In this document: piece after piece, positions 1 to 9,321 of the stretch
Numbering within the stretch: the stretch's first letter is position 1
Layout: every line of letters begins with the position of its first letter
Assembly (NCBI GenBank): GCA_965247095.1
Contig: OZ251997.1
Span: forward strand, 928,001 to 992,000
DNA length: 64,000 nt
Reading direction: 5' to 3'
Origin: Candidatus Multivorans sp.
GTDB lineage: Bacteria > Acidobacteriota > Thermoanaerobaculia > Multivoradales > Multivoraceae
Program-made: the position numbers and the translations under genes
The notes under the pieces: generated by a model
What the model was told of the DNA's origin: nothing
The model's database searches: none
What the model saw: the letters and a program-made list of their open reading frames with translations, nothing else

Positions 1-1755
1 AACGCAACGACAAGCAGGTTCCTGTTCGCGCTTGGGGCGGTGCTGGTTGTGAGTTCCGTGTTGCCCGCGACGGCGCAGCCTGGAACTCAGGTGCCAAGCG
101 CGGCCCTGCCGGAGGACTTGGTCTTCGGCGAGGAGATCGATGTCCGCATAGTCAACCTTGAGGTGGTTGTCGAGAAGGGAAACGGAGAGCGGGTTCGCGG
201 GCTGGGGCGGCAGGACTTCCGCGTCCTCGTGGACGGTCAAGAGGTCGATGTCGACTACTTCACGGAAGTATCCATGGGTCGGGTCAGGAGCGGCGAAAAC
301 GGCGAGGCGCCACCCGCGGTCGAGGCGGGCGAGAGGGTGAAGACGAACTATGTGCTCTTCGTCGATGACGACCACACCCAGGTTGCCCTCAGGCGGCCGG
401 TCCTACGCGGCCTTGCCGACCGGCTCACCGGTCTAGGCGTAGAGGATCGGGTTGCTGTCGTGGTCCAGAGCGGCAATCGGCTGGAGCTCCTGAGTCCGTT
501 CACGACGGACCGGGAAGCGACCCTCGCGGCGTTGGAGGAGTTGGACGACGGCGAGCGCTTCGGCGGCGTGCTGAGATCCCGGCGGTTCCACAGAGACTTC
601 ACGGGAGGGCAGGGAGGCGCCGCCGGCTACTTCCAGGCCGGCGGTCCGCTCGGTAGCCCGGAATCGAGAGCCGCCGCGGCTGATCTCTTTTTCCGCGGTG
701 GGGGCGCCGTATTTCGGCGCGACGACGACGGCGGAGCTTCGCCGTACCCGAGCCACGATGTCGTCGCCGAGGGGCTCGGTGCGGCGGGCAATGTCGTTGC
801 TTCCGGTCTGGTCTTCGACGGCATGAGGCCCGACAGCTTCGAGCTGGAGGCGAGGGCGTCGATCCTGGAACGGGATCTGAGCTTGTCGGTGAATGCCGTC
901 GTCTCCACGATGCGCGCGCTCGATCCGCCGGAGGGACGCAAGGTCCTCCTCCTTCTTGCGGGATTCTGGCCGACAGGGGAGTTCCGGCCCTACGGGCGCG
1001 GCGCGGGTCTGCGGACGGACCTGGAGACGTTGGACGGTCTGACCAACACGGCAAACCTGCTCGGCTACACGGTGTATCCGATGGACCAGCAGGTGGGCGC
1101 ACCGAACACCCGCTTGTGGCAGAACCTGCGCTACGTCGCCCGTGACACTGGCGGCATGGCCTTCATGGCCGGAAGCAACATCGACGCCCTGGAGCGAGTG
1201 AACGCCGACACCTCGAACTACTACTGGCTCGGCTTCGTGCCCGAGTACCGGCGGGACGACCGGATCCACGACATCGAGGTCGATGTCGTGCGGCCGGGAG
1301 TCCAGGTCCGCGCGCGCCGCGGTTACGTGGACCTGTCCCGCATTGCCGAAGCGGACATGGAAGCGCAACGTGTGCTGCTCTTCCCGAGCGAAGCGGAACC
1401 CGCCGCCGCGGTCCTGGAGGTGTGGGTCGGCGCCTCGAAGTCCCTCAGGGGACGGATGATGATCGTGCCCATCGACATCGACGTACCGGTCGGCATGTTC
1501 GCGGCGTTACCGTACGGTGAGCGGTTCCTGCAGCGTTTGGAGGTCCGCTTCGCGACGATTGACGGCGACGGTTGGCGTGTCGAGCAGCCGGCGATCCCGC
1601 TGGAGCTGTGGAGCGATACCGCCCCGGAACCGGATGCCGTGTTCCATTACCATGCCGAGGTGACGATGCGGCACCTGCCCCATACCGTCGCGGTCACCGT
1701 GCATGACCAGGTTTCCCGCCAGACTTCCAACGCCCGGGTCGAAGTTGTGCCGTGA
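1..1755 (+). CDS. VWA domain-containing secreted protein (acidobacterial VWFA-related type), probably 5'-truncated by the window edge
   Basis: Frame is open from base 1 (NATTSRFLFALGAVLVVSS..., signal-peptide-like). Motifs FGEEIDVRIVNLEVVV, GRKVLLLL, ARDTGG, YYWLGF and VRARRGY are typical of the family. Confidence 0.8.
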   Translation, partial: NATTSRFLFALGAVLVVSSVLPATAQPGTQVPSAALPEDLVFGEEIDVRIVNLEVVVEKGNGERVRGLGRQDFRVLVDGQEVDVDYFTEVSMGRVRSGENGEAPPAVEAGERVKTNYVLFVDDDHTQVALRRPVLRGLADRLTGLGVEDRVAVVVQSGNRLELLSPFTTDREATLAALEELDDGERFGGVLRSRRFHRDFTGGQGGAAGYFQAGGPLGSPESRAAAADLFFRGGGAVFRRDDDGGASPYPSHDVVAEGLGAAGNVVASGLVFDGMRPDSFELEARASILERDLSLSVNAVVSTMRALDPPEGRKVLLLLAGFWPTGEFRPYGRGAGLRTDLETLDGLTNTANLLGYTVYPMDQQVGAPNTRLWQNLRYVARDTGGMAFMAGSNIDALERVNADTSNYYWLGFVPEYRRDDRIHDIEVDVVRPGVQVRARRGYVDLSRIAEADMEAQRVLLFPSEAEPAAAVLEVWVGASKSLRGRMMIVPIDIDVPVGMFAALPYGERFLQRLEVRFATIDGDGWRVEQPAIPLELWSDTAPEPDAVFHYHAEVTMRHLPHTVAVTVHDQVSRQTSNARVEVVP

Positions 1756-1815
1756 ATGACGGCGAGTTCTGAGCAGAGCCCTGAAGCAAGGGGAAGCGTG
1801 AGCGAAGGAGGGAAC

Positions 1816-3456
1816 ATGCGTCAGCCGTTTCTCGCCTGGGTCCTGGCGCTGGGGTTGACCTGGACGTCGGCGCCCGCCATGGCTCAGCCCGATTCGGCGC
1901 CTCCCGCCGATCTGCTCTTCGGCGAGGAGATCGATGTTCGGGTGGTCAACGTGGAGGTCGTTGTCGAGGACCGGTCGGGGAGCCGGGTCCACGGCCTGGA
2001 GCCTGACGATTTTCGCATCTTCGTAGACGGCTTTGAAGTCGATGTCGACTACTTCACCGAGATCCTGGAGAACCGGGCCGTCGAGGCCGGCGCCGGCGCC
2101 GCCCCGCCAGCGATCGGCGACGGCGAGTCGGTGCCGACGAACTACGTGTTATTCGTCGACGACGATCACACGCACGTGACGTTCAGGCGGCCCGTGCTCC
2201 GCGGGTTGGCTGACCAGTTGGCGAGCCTGGGTCTGCGCGATCAGGTGGCGGTAGTCGTGCAGAGCCGTCGCCGGCTTGAGGTTCTGAGCCCGTTCACGTC
2301 CGACCGGGAGCGGACGCGTGCCGCCCTCGAAGAACTCGAGCGTGGCCGGCGCTTCGGCGGCGCCCTGCGCTCGCCGCGGTTGATCGATCAACTGTTCATG
2401 CGCGACGGTCGGCTGACGCCGCCGCCCGGCGGCCGGGGCGGCGGGGATCTGACGTCGGTGGAAGGGGACCTGCCGTTCCCGACGATGAACGTGCCGGAGT
2501 CCCTCACCGAAGCCCGCCTGGAGACGCTGGCGCGGGACCTGGAGTTCTCGATCACGGCGGTCTCCTCGACGATGCGGGCGCTCGACGTTCCAGAAGGTCG
2601 CAAGGTCCTGTTGCTGCTGGCCGGGGATTGGCCCACAGGTATGTTCCGGCCGGAGGGCCAGGGCATCGGTCTCCGCACCGACCGGGAGATGCTCGACGGG
2701 CTGGTCGACACGGCCAACGTCCTCGGCTACACGGTCTATCCGATGGATCAGCAGAGCGGAAGTTCCAATTTCACTCTATGGCAGAACTTCCGTCAGGTCG
2801 CGCGGGACACCGGCGGTCAGGCCTACATGGCGGGATCGAACCTGGCGGCGCTGGGCCGGGTGAGCGACGATGTCGCGAACTACTACTGGCTCGGCTTCGT
2901 TCCCGAGTATCGGCGCAACGACCAGGTCCACGACGTCCGGGTCGAGGTCCTTCGTCCGAACCTGCGGGTGCGCTCGCGCCGGGGCTACGTGGATGTCTCG
3001 CGGCGCGCCGAGGCCGACATGGAGACGCAGGGCCGGCTCCTGTTTCCGAGCATGGAGCGGGCGCTTGGCGAACCCGTCCTGCGCGTCGACTTCGGGGAAC
3101 CCGAGCGCGCCGGCGTGCGCAAGATGCGGGTGCCGGTAACCGTGTTCGTCCCGATCGGCTACTTCCCGCTGGTGCCTTGGAACGATCAGTTCTTCGCCCG
3201 GCTGGAACTGCGGTTCGCCGTCGTCGACCGGAACGGCCAGCAGGCTGGGATGCCGCTCATCCCCATCAATCTCCGTGGGCGGTCTCAGCCGGCAGCGGAC
3301 GCTGTCATGCCCTACACCGCGAGCCTGACCCTGCGGCGCAGACCCCATGACCTTGTGGTGTCGATTCACGATCCGGTGAGCAGACAGACCGTGAGTACGC
3401 GCAGACAGGTCGCCTTCAGGGTGGACGCGACCGATACGGAAGGCGGCGCCCAGTGA
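1816..3456 (+). CDS. VWA domain-containing secreted protein, tandem paralog of the upstream gene
   Basis: ATG at 1816 follows AAGGAGGG (RBS). Signal peptide MRQPFLAWVLALGLTWTSAPAMA. Shares near-identical blocks with 1..1755 (TNYVLFVDDDHT, RRPVLRGLAD, LGYTVYPMDQQ, YYWLGFVPEYRR). Confidence 0.85.
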   Translation: MRQPFLAWVLALGLTWTSAPAMAQPDSAPPADLLFGEEIDVRVVNVEVVVEDRSGSRVHGLEPDDFRIFVDGFEVDVDYFTEILENRAVEAGAGAAPPAIGDGESVPTNYVLFVDDDHTHVTFRRPVLRGLADQLASLGLRDQVAVVVQSRRRLEVLSPFTSDRERTRAALEELERGRRFGGALRSPRLIDQLFMRDGRLTPPPGGRGGGDLTSVEGDLPFPTMNVPESLTEARLETLARDLEFSITAVSSTMRALDVPEGRKVLLLLAGDWPTGMFRPEGQGIGLRTDREMLDGLVDTANVLGYTVYPMDQQSGSSNFTLWQNFRQVARDTGGQAYMAGSNLAALGRVSDDVANYYWLGFVPEYRRNDQVHDVRVEVLRPNLRVRSRRGYVDVSRRAEADMETQGRLLFPSMERALGEPVLRVDFGEPERAGVRKMRVPVTVFVPIGYFPLVPWNDQFFARLELRFAVVDRNGQQAGMPLIPINLRGRSQPAADAVMPYTASLTLRRRPHDLVVSIHDPVSRQTVSTRRQVAFRVDATDTEGGAQ

Positions 3457-3908
3457 GCCTGATCGACGGCGTTGGCGGCGCGTTCGTCTTCAGCGAGGCG
3501 CCGAAGCGGCTCGCCGACTGGTACACGGAGCACCTCGGCATCGAGTTCGAGGGCGGCGAGGAGTTCGGCGCCTTCTACGTCCGCTACGTGGCCGTCGATC
3601 CGGAGGACGAGAACTGGGTCATGGACACGACCTTCGCGATCATGAAGGCGAAGCGGCCGGTGCCGCGGATGACGCCGAACGAGGGCGCGGACCCCGGCGA
3701 CATGTACGGCGATCAGCCGTTCATGGTCAACCTGCGCGTGCGTGACCTGGACGCGGTGCTCGCACACCTCGCCGAGCGGGGCGTGAAACCGCTGCGCCGT
3801 GACGACGAGGGCTACGCCCTGTTCGCCTGGATCCGCGACGCGGAGGAGAACCGGGTGGAGCTGTATCAGCCAAGACCGGAAGCCGCGGCGGAGGCAGCCG
3901 AAGGCTGA
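3453..3908 (+). CDS. VOC/glyoxalase family protein
   Basis: GVGGAFVFS..PKRLADWY..HLG, FMVNLRVRDLDAVLAHL and FAWIRDAEENRVELYQP motifs; GTGA overlap with the upstream stop. Confidence 0.85.
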   Translation: MSLIDGVGGAFVFSEAPKRLADWYTEHLGIEFEGGEEFGAFYVRYVAVDPEDENWVMDTTFAIMKAKRPVPRMTPNEGADPGDMYGDQPFMVNLRVRDLDAVLAHLAERGVKPLRRDDEGYALFAWIRDAEENRVELYQPRPEAAAEAAEG

Positions 3909-3917
3909 GCGCTATCG

Positions 3918-4442
3918 CTAGTCCCCCAGCCCCTGACAGGCGCTCTTTGCTCCGGTCGGGTCCATCGCCTCTTTACCTTCGCCGATGTAGGCGATCTTGC
4001 CGTCCTTGCCGACCACGTAGGTCACGCGCTTGGCGAGGCCGGCGTACTGCTCCATCGTCCCGCCGTACTGATTGATGACCGTGGCGTCGACATCGCTGAG
4101 GAGCGCGAAGTCGAGTTCCAGGTCGGCTGCGAACTTCTTGTTGTCGTCCAGTTTGTCGGCGCTGATGCCGAAGACGATGGAATCACTGCCTGCGAAGTCG
4201 GAGATACCAGCCTGATATCCCTTCATCTCCATCGTTCACCCGCTGGTGAAGGCCTTGGGGAAGAAGGCCAGGACGACGTTCTTCTGGCCCGCGAAGGACG
4301 ACAGGCTCACCTGGGCGCCGTCCGTGCTGGGCAGCGTGAAGTCGGGCGCCGCGTCACCGACGTCGAGGGAGGCGCCGCTGGCTGGGGCTGAGGCGAACGC
4401 GGCGGCGGCCAGGAGGAGCGCCGAGGGTGTGCAACGGATCAT
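3918..4442 (-). CDS. Peroxiredoxin (AhpC/TSA, BCP-like) with signal peptide; in-frame UGA at 4238..4236 read as selenocysteine
   Basis: Joining the tail of ORF 4236..5786 to ORF 3918..4232 gives [14 protein letters not shown]...[13 protein letters not shown]-(UGA)-TMEMKG...FGISAD...FALLSD...[12 protein letters not shown]. The UGA occupies the peroxidatic Cys position of PxxxTxxC. ATG at 4442 has GGAG upstream. Confidence 0.88.
4201..4221 (-). promoter_or_regulatory. Candidate bacterial SECIS hairpin
   Basis: Minus strand GGGATATCA-GGC-TGGTATCTC: a 9 bp stem (2 G-U pairs) with a G-starting loop, 23 nt after the UGA. Confidence 0.65.
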
Positions 4443-4541
4443 GGAAGTCTCCAGGTTCTCGGGTTTCGTGCGCCAAGAGGCGGGAAGCGCGCGAGTGTAG
4501 CAGTCCTGGCAATGGGCTGCTGTACACTGTGCGACTAGGCG

Positions 4542-4703
4542 ATGACCACTCGGCGGAGCGCTGGAGGGTTCCCGTGGCCGACGGCGGACGGCCAGGTTTA
4601 CGAGTACGCCTGCCACGAGAGGAACTACGCGATGGGGAACATCATGCGCGGCGCGCGGCTGCTGGAAGCCGACGCGGCGGCCGCGGCGACAGGCGGCGAG
4701 TAG
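4542..4703 (+). pseudogene. 53-aa ORF, probable C-terminal remnant of a YEYACHEGNY-motif hypothetical protein
   Basis: Translates [53 protein letters not shown]. It resembles the C-terminus of much longer secreted hypothetical proteins (from recall) and is below the ORF-track cutoff. Confidence 0.55.
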
Positions 4704-4708
4704 GAACC

Positions 4709-7700
4709 CTGCGTCGCCGCGTCGCCAGCCCTGCGGCGGCGGCCGCAGCGATCTGGCTGGCCTCTGGCTGCGCCACGCCGGCGCCTGACGGGGTGCCGGC
4801 GGGCTTCGAACTCCACCCGGCGTTCGAGCTCGAACTCGCCGCGGCCGAGCCGGTCGTCCGCGACCCGATCGACCTCGCCTTCGACGAACGGGGCCAGGCG
4901 TTCGTGCTTGAACTGCCGGGCTATCCGGACATGGAGCGCCCGGCGCGCATCGTCGCGCTATCGGATCGCGACGGCGACGGGCGATGGGACCGGCGGCGTC
5001 TGTTCGCGGCCGACCTTGGCATGGCGGACTCGATCCTGCCGTGGCGGCAAGGTCTCGTGGTGGCGGCGCCGCCCGACATCGTCTACCTCGAAGACACGGA
5101 CGGCGACGGCAGGGCGGACCGCCGGGAGGTGCTGCTGAGCGGCTTTGCCGAGGGCAACCCGCAGCACAATGTGAACGCCCTCCGCTACGGCCTGGACAAC
5201 TGGATCCACGGGGCCAACGGAGGCAACGGCGGCAGTCCGTTCTGGCCGGATGCGCCGAACGACGCCATCGAACTCGGCCAGGATGACTTCCGGGTCGACT
5301 TCCGAGATGACTCGCGGGGTGAACCGGGGTCGCGCCGCTTCGAGCGGACCGGTCGCGGGGCGGGCGGGTTCGGCATGACCTTCGACGTCTGGGGCCGCTC
5401 CTTCGGCACCCACAATCTGGATCACCTGAGTCAGCTCGTGATTCCGCGCCGCTACCTCGCCCGCCTACCGGCCTCGCGGCAGAACGCCCGCCTGCGTCTG
5501 GCCGCGCACGCGGACGGCGGTCCCGCCGAGTTGTTTCCGATCGGCGTGCGGCAGACCCGCCCCAACCACCCGGAACAGTCGAGCCGGTTCTCGGCCGCCT
5601 GCGCGGTGAAGGCGTACGGGGGCGGCGCCTTCGACGGCGCCGGGCTGACGGATCGGGGCCTTGCCGTCTTCGTGGCCGATCCGTCGGCGAACGTGGTGCA
5701 TCGCGCGGTGGTCGACGCGGACGGCGCGGCAGCCGAAGCGGGCCGGGGGCGGCCCGGCGTCGAGTTTCTGGCCTCGACCGATCCACTGTTCCGGCCGGTC
5801 AACCTGCGCGTGGGCCCGGACGGCGCCCTCTACGTGCTGGACATGCACCGCGGCGTGGTCGAGCACCCGGAGTGGATTCCCGATCGGATGGAGGCCGCGC
5901 TCGACCTCTACGAGGGGGACGACCGCGGGCGCATCTACCGGGTCGTACCGGCGAGCGGTTTGCCGGCCTGGGCACCGGACTTCGGGGGCTTCAACCGGTC
6001 GCGGTCCGATGACCTGGTCGAAGCGCTTGGTCATGCGAACAGGTGGCGGCGCCTGACGGCACAGCGGCTCCTCGTCGAAGAGCATGGTGTATCGCCGCCG
6101 GCGACGCTGGTGGCGGCCCTGCGGCAGCGCATCGCGGAACCGGGCAACCCGCTGGGCCGGCTCCATGCTCTGTGGACCCTGGCCGGCGTCGGGGCGCTCG
6201 ACCGCGAGTCGCTGGAGGCTCTGCTCGGTGACCCTCACCCGGAGCTGCGCCGGAATGCGGTGCTGGCGCTTGAAGAATCGCTTCGCGGCGCTGCTCCGGC
6301 GGCGGACACGCCAGGGCTCGCGGACGCCGTGGTGAGTCTGATCGGGGATCGGGACCCGGGCGTGCGGCTGCAGGCGATCCTGACTGCCGGCGTCATGCTC
6401 GGGTCGGATGCCCTTCCGGGGCCGGACTTCGGCCGCGCCGTGGCATCCGCGGTCGTGGCCGGGGTGGCGCGCCCCGCGGGCGAGACGCCCGCGTCGTCAG
6501 CGGCGGGGACGCCTGAGCGAACGGACGTCGAGCGCGACGGACCCTGGCTGCGCCTGGCCGCCGTCTCGGTCCTGGCCGACGATCCGGCGCCGGCGCTGAG
6601 ACTGCTGCTCGAAGCCGGCGGATCGGCCGACCGGGGCGCCGCCGACGTGATCGAACGGGTGGCGGCGCTCCTGCCCGCCGAGCGGTTGGGCGAGATCGTC
6701 GGCGATCGCGCGGTGCTGCGCATCCTGACCGAGGTCGGCGACGACGGCGCCGGCGTGGGGCGCGCCCTGCTTGCCGGGCTCACCGCGGCCGCCTCCGGCG
6801 CCGCGGACACTGGAATCGACGGCGCCGGGCTGCTTCGACCCTTGCGGCGTCTGCGGCGATCGAACGACGATCGCCTGGCCGCGGCGGCCTGGCGCATGAG
6901 CTCCGCTCTGGCCGCCGACGTGGCCGCGGAAGAGATCGCGCTCCTCGACTGCGCCGGATTGCGGGCCGCGGACTCGGCCCGGGAGCAGGAGGAGCGGCTC
7001 GAAGCTCTGGCTCTCTTCGGTCTTCGCCGGCTCTGGCCCGGTAGCGCCGAAGAAGGCGCCGCTGCGTGCCCGGAGATCCGTGGGCAGAGGCCCGGGACGG
7101 CGCTCTCCGGCGGAACCTGGTTGGAACGGATGGGTGCGCTGCTCGATGCCGGACATCCGGAGGCGTTGCAGCGGGCCGCCATGGTGGAACTGGCCGTGGC
7201 GGAGGAAGCGGCCGTCACCCGCTACCTGGTCGATCGTTGGCCCTACCTGGGACCGGCCGCCAGGCGGGATGCCGGCAGCTATCTGATCCGTGGCAGGGGG
7301 CGGCACGGCTTGCTTCTCGACGCGATCGAGAGCGGCCGCATCCGGCTCGGTGAGATGAACTTCATCCTCGAGCGGCGCCGGTTCCTGCTGCGTTCGCCGG
7401 ATCCGAATGTCCGGCGGCGGGCGGCGGCCCTGTTCGACGACGCCGGTGTGGTGTCCCGCCCGGAAGCCCTCGCGGGGATGCGGCCGGCACTCGATCTCGA
7501 AGGAGACCCGGAGCAGGGCGAGACGCTGTTCCTCGACCTCTGCGCCCGTTGCCACCGCAGCGGCGAGAGTGGCGGCAGGCCGGGCCCGGACCTCTCCGGT
7601 ATCGGCCGCAAGAGCGCGGAGACCTTGCTGCACGACATTCTCGATCCGAATGCCGCGGTCGACACCGGCTACGTGAACTACATCGTCGAGACGGTAGACG

Positions 7701-7900
7701 GCGAGGCGTTCTCCGGACTCCTGGCGGAGAGTTCAGGCGGCGGAGTAGTCCTGCGTGCGGCCGAGGACACGCTGATCGAGGTCGCCGCCGAACGGATTCG
7801 GGAAGTCCGCAGCGACGGCCTGTCCATGATGCCCGAAGAGTTGGAGGCGGGCCTCGAACCCGCTGATATGGCCGATCTGCTCGCGTTCCTGCGTCGCTAG
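4709..7900 (+). CDS. PVC-type membrane-bound dehydrogenase-like lipoprotein with HEAT repeats and C-terminal cytochrome c (start uncertain)
   Basis: Lipobox-like IWLASG-C; beta-propeller motifs ([48 protein letters not shown]); HEAT-like repeats; CARCH heme motif, GPDLSG and SMMPE. The ORF-track start (4427) overlaps other genes; only a CTG at 4709 lies just before the signal peptide. Confidence 0.85.
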   Translation: MRRRVASPAAAAAAIWLASGCATPAPDGVPAGFELHPAFELELAAAEPVVRDPIDLAFDERGQAFVLELPGYPDMERPARIVALSDRDGDGRWDRRRLFAADLGMADSILPWRQGLVVAAPPDIVYLEDTDGDGRADRREVLLSGFAEGNPQHNVNALRYGLDNWIHGANGGNGGSPFWPDAPNDAIELGQDDFRVDFRDDSRGEPGSRRFERTGRGAGGFGMTFDVWGRSFGTHNLDHLSQLVIPRRYLARLPASRQNARLRLAAHADGGPAELFPIGVRQTRPNHPEQSSRFSAACAVKAYGGGAFDGAGLTDRGLAVFVADPSANVVHRAVVDADGAAAEAGRGRPGVEFLASTDPLFRPVNLRVGPDGALYVLDMHRGVVEHPEWIPDRMEAALDLYEGDDRGRIYRVVPASGLPAWAPDFGGFNRSRSDDLVEALGHANRWRRLTAQRLLVEEHGVSPPATLVAALRQRIAEPGNPLGRLHALWTLAGVGALDRESLEALLGDPHPELRRNAVLALEESLRGAAPAADTPGLADAVVSLIGDRDPGVRLQAILTAGVMLGSDALPGPDFGRAVASAVVAGVARPAGETPASSAAGTPERTDVERDGPWLRLAAVSVLADDPAPALRLLLEAGGSADRGAADVIERVAALLPAERLGEIVGDRAVLRILTEVGDDGAGVGRALLAGLTAAASGAADTGIDGAGLLRPLRRLRRSNDDRLAAAAWRMSSALAADVAAEEIALLDCAGLRAADSAREQEERLEALALFGLRRLWPGSAEEGAAACPEIRGQRPGTALSGGTWLERMGALLDAGHPEALQRAAMVELAVAEEAAVTRYLVDRWPYLGPAARRDAGSYLIRGRGRHGLLLDAIESGRIRLGEMNFILERRRFLLRSPDPNVRRRAAALFDDAGVVSRPEALAGMRPALDLEGDPEQGETLFLDLCARCHRSGESGGRPGPDLSGIGRKSAETLLHDILDPNAAVDTGYVNYIVETVDGEAFSGLLAESSGGGVVLRAAEDTLIEVAAERIREVRSDGLSMMPEELEAGLEPADMADLLAFLRR

Positions 7901-9321
7901 CGCTGTTTGACTCTCTCGATCGCCAGAAACCGCTCCTTGAGGCGCACCGCCTGCTCAAGGTCGAGCACCAGGTAGATCTCGTTTGGCCGCGGCCCACGCC
8001 GCAGGTAGTCGTAGAGGTAGGCGGGCAGCTTGTCGTGGCGGCCCAGGACGCGCCACAGGCCTTCCTCCGCGAGCTTGCGGGCGCGCTCCGCAAAGGGCGT
8101 CACGACGCGATGCTCGAACGGGCGCAGGTCGTGCATCGCCTCGAGCGCGAGGTAGTTCAGGCGGCGCGTGGTCTCGTCGACCGGGTACGACAGCACCGTG
8201 CCGAAGGGAAGTTCGTCACCGAACCACGGCGGCAGGGACTCGAGCGCTGTGTTGGGCCCCAGCGGGTAGGGCTCCGCCCGTATCGGGTGGTTCGTGTAGA
8301 GCAGCAGCGCGCCCTCCCATCCGCGTTCTTCGAGCGCCTCGATCAGCGCCACCGTCGTGTACTGGTGGTCGGCGTGGTTGTCGAGCAGCGGATTCGGCGC
8401 CGCGATCAGTTCGGGGCCCACCCAGTCGACTTCGCGGCCCAGGTCGGCCACCAGCTCGGGCCAGCTCGACTCGAAGGGCCGGGTGGCCAACTGCGGCTCG
8501 GAGTTGAAGCGGCGGAAATGGCCGGGCTCTTCGAGGTCCGTCAGGATCGGCGGCACGACCGCCGGCCGGCGCTGGTAGAGGGTGCTCAGCGTGCCGTCGA
8601 AGTACCCGAGGTTGCGTGCGCGGCCCATGGGCACGTGGCCGAGGAAGGGCACGGTCAGACTGTCCCAGGTGCGTATCCAGCCCTTGATCCGATAGTGCTC
8701 GCCGGTGTCGGGAAACAGCCCGCCGTAGTTCCTGCCGCCGTAGTCGCCCGCTGTCACCGTGACCACGTCGGCCAGCGTGGTGGCGTAGAGGCCGAAGGCG
8801 GCGATCTCGGCGTCGTCGGGGTGGGGAGCGACCACCAGCACCCGGGTCGAGGTATCGATCGGTCGGTTCGCGAACACGACCAGACTGGCCGATCCTGTGC
8901 GCCAGCCGATCTGCCGGCCGACCATCTCGATCTCGCCGCGGCCGGCCGCGGCTGAGACGTTCAGGTAGCGGCGGCCGGTTGAGCGCGGGGCGAAGGACTG
9001 GGTGAAACTCCGGCCGCCGGAACGGAACTCGATGTGGGGGTCGAGCGACGGCAGCAGCGGCCGAGTCTTGACGTGGAGTTCGAGGAACGCCGTGACCCCG
9101 GCGCCGGGGGCCTCCCGTGGCCAGTCGAAGCCCCTGCGGGTCAGGCGGACGTCGAAGGTCTGGCTGTCGCGTCGTTCCAGGGCGTAGTCGTGCGCCTGCC
9201 GCGGATCGTGCTGGAAGAAGTTCCGGTAGGAGCTGCCGCGGCAGTGACCCCAGAGTCCGACCGCCGCCAGGGCGATCAGAAGGGCGAGCCAGTGCCGGGA
9301 GACCCAGCGCCGGGAACTCAC
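7897..9321 (-). CDS. PIG-L/LmbE family deacetylase with N-terminal membrane anchor
   Basis: VLVVAPHPDDAEI and HADH metal-binding motifs; hydrophobic N-terminus. Confidence 0.8.
   Translation of the reverse strand: MSSRRWVSRHWLALLIALAAVGLWGHCRGSSYRNFFQHDPRQAHDYALERRDSQTFDVRLTRRGFDWPREAPGAGVTAFLELHVKTRPLLPSLDPHIEFRSGGRSFTQSFAPRSTGRRYLNVSAAAGRGEIEMVGRQIGWRTGSASLVVFANRPIDTSTRVLVVAPHPDDAEIAAFGLYATTLADVVTVTAGDYGGRNYGGLFPDTGEHYRIKGWIRTWDSLTVPFLGHVPMGRARNLGYFDGTLSTLYQRRPAVVPPILTDLEEPGHFRRFNSEPQLATRPFESSWPELVADLGREVDWVGPELIAAPNPLLDNHADHQYTTVALIEALEERGWEGALLLYTNHPIRAEPYPLGPNTALESLPPWFGDELPFGTVLSYPVDETTRRLNYLALEAMHDLRPFEHRVVTPFAERARKLAEEGLWRVLGRHDKLPAYLYDYLRRGPRPNEIYLVLDLEQAVRLKERFLAIERVKQR

Noticed and set aside
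3918-4232. Stand-alone 104-aa gene
   Set aside because: It lacks the peroxiredoxin N-terminus and active site; it is the part downstream of the in-frame UGA.
4443-5786. N-terminal ~450 aa of the 516-aa minus-strand ORF 4236..5786
   Set aside because: Arg/Pro-rich shadow of the plus-strand dehydrogenase; only the part from ATG 4442 is real (the peroxiredoxin N-half).
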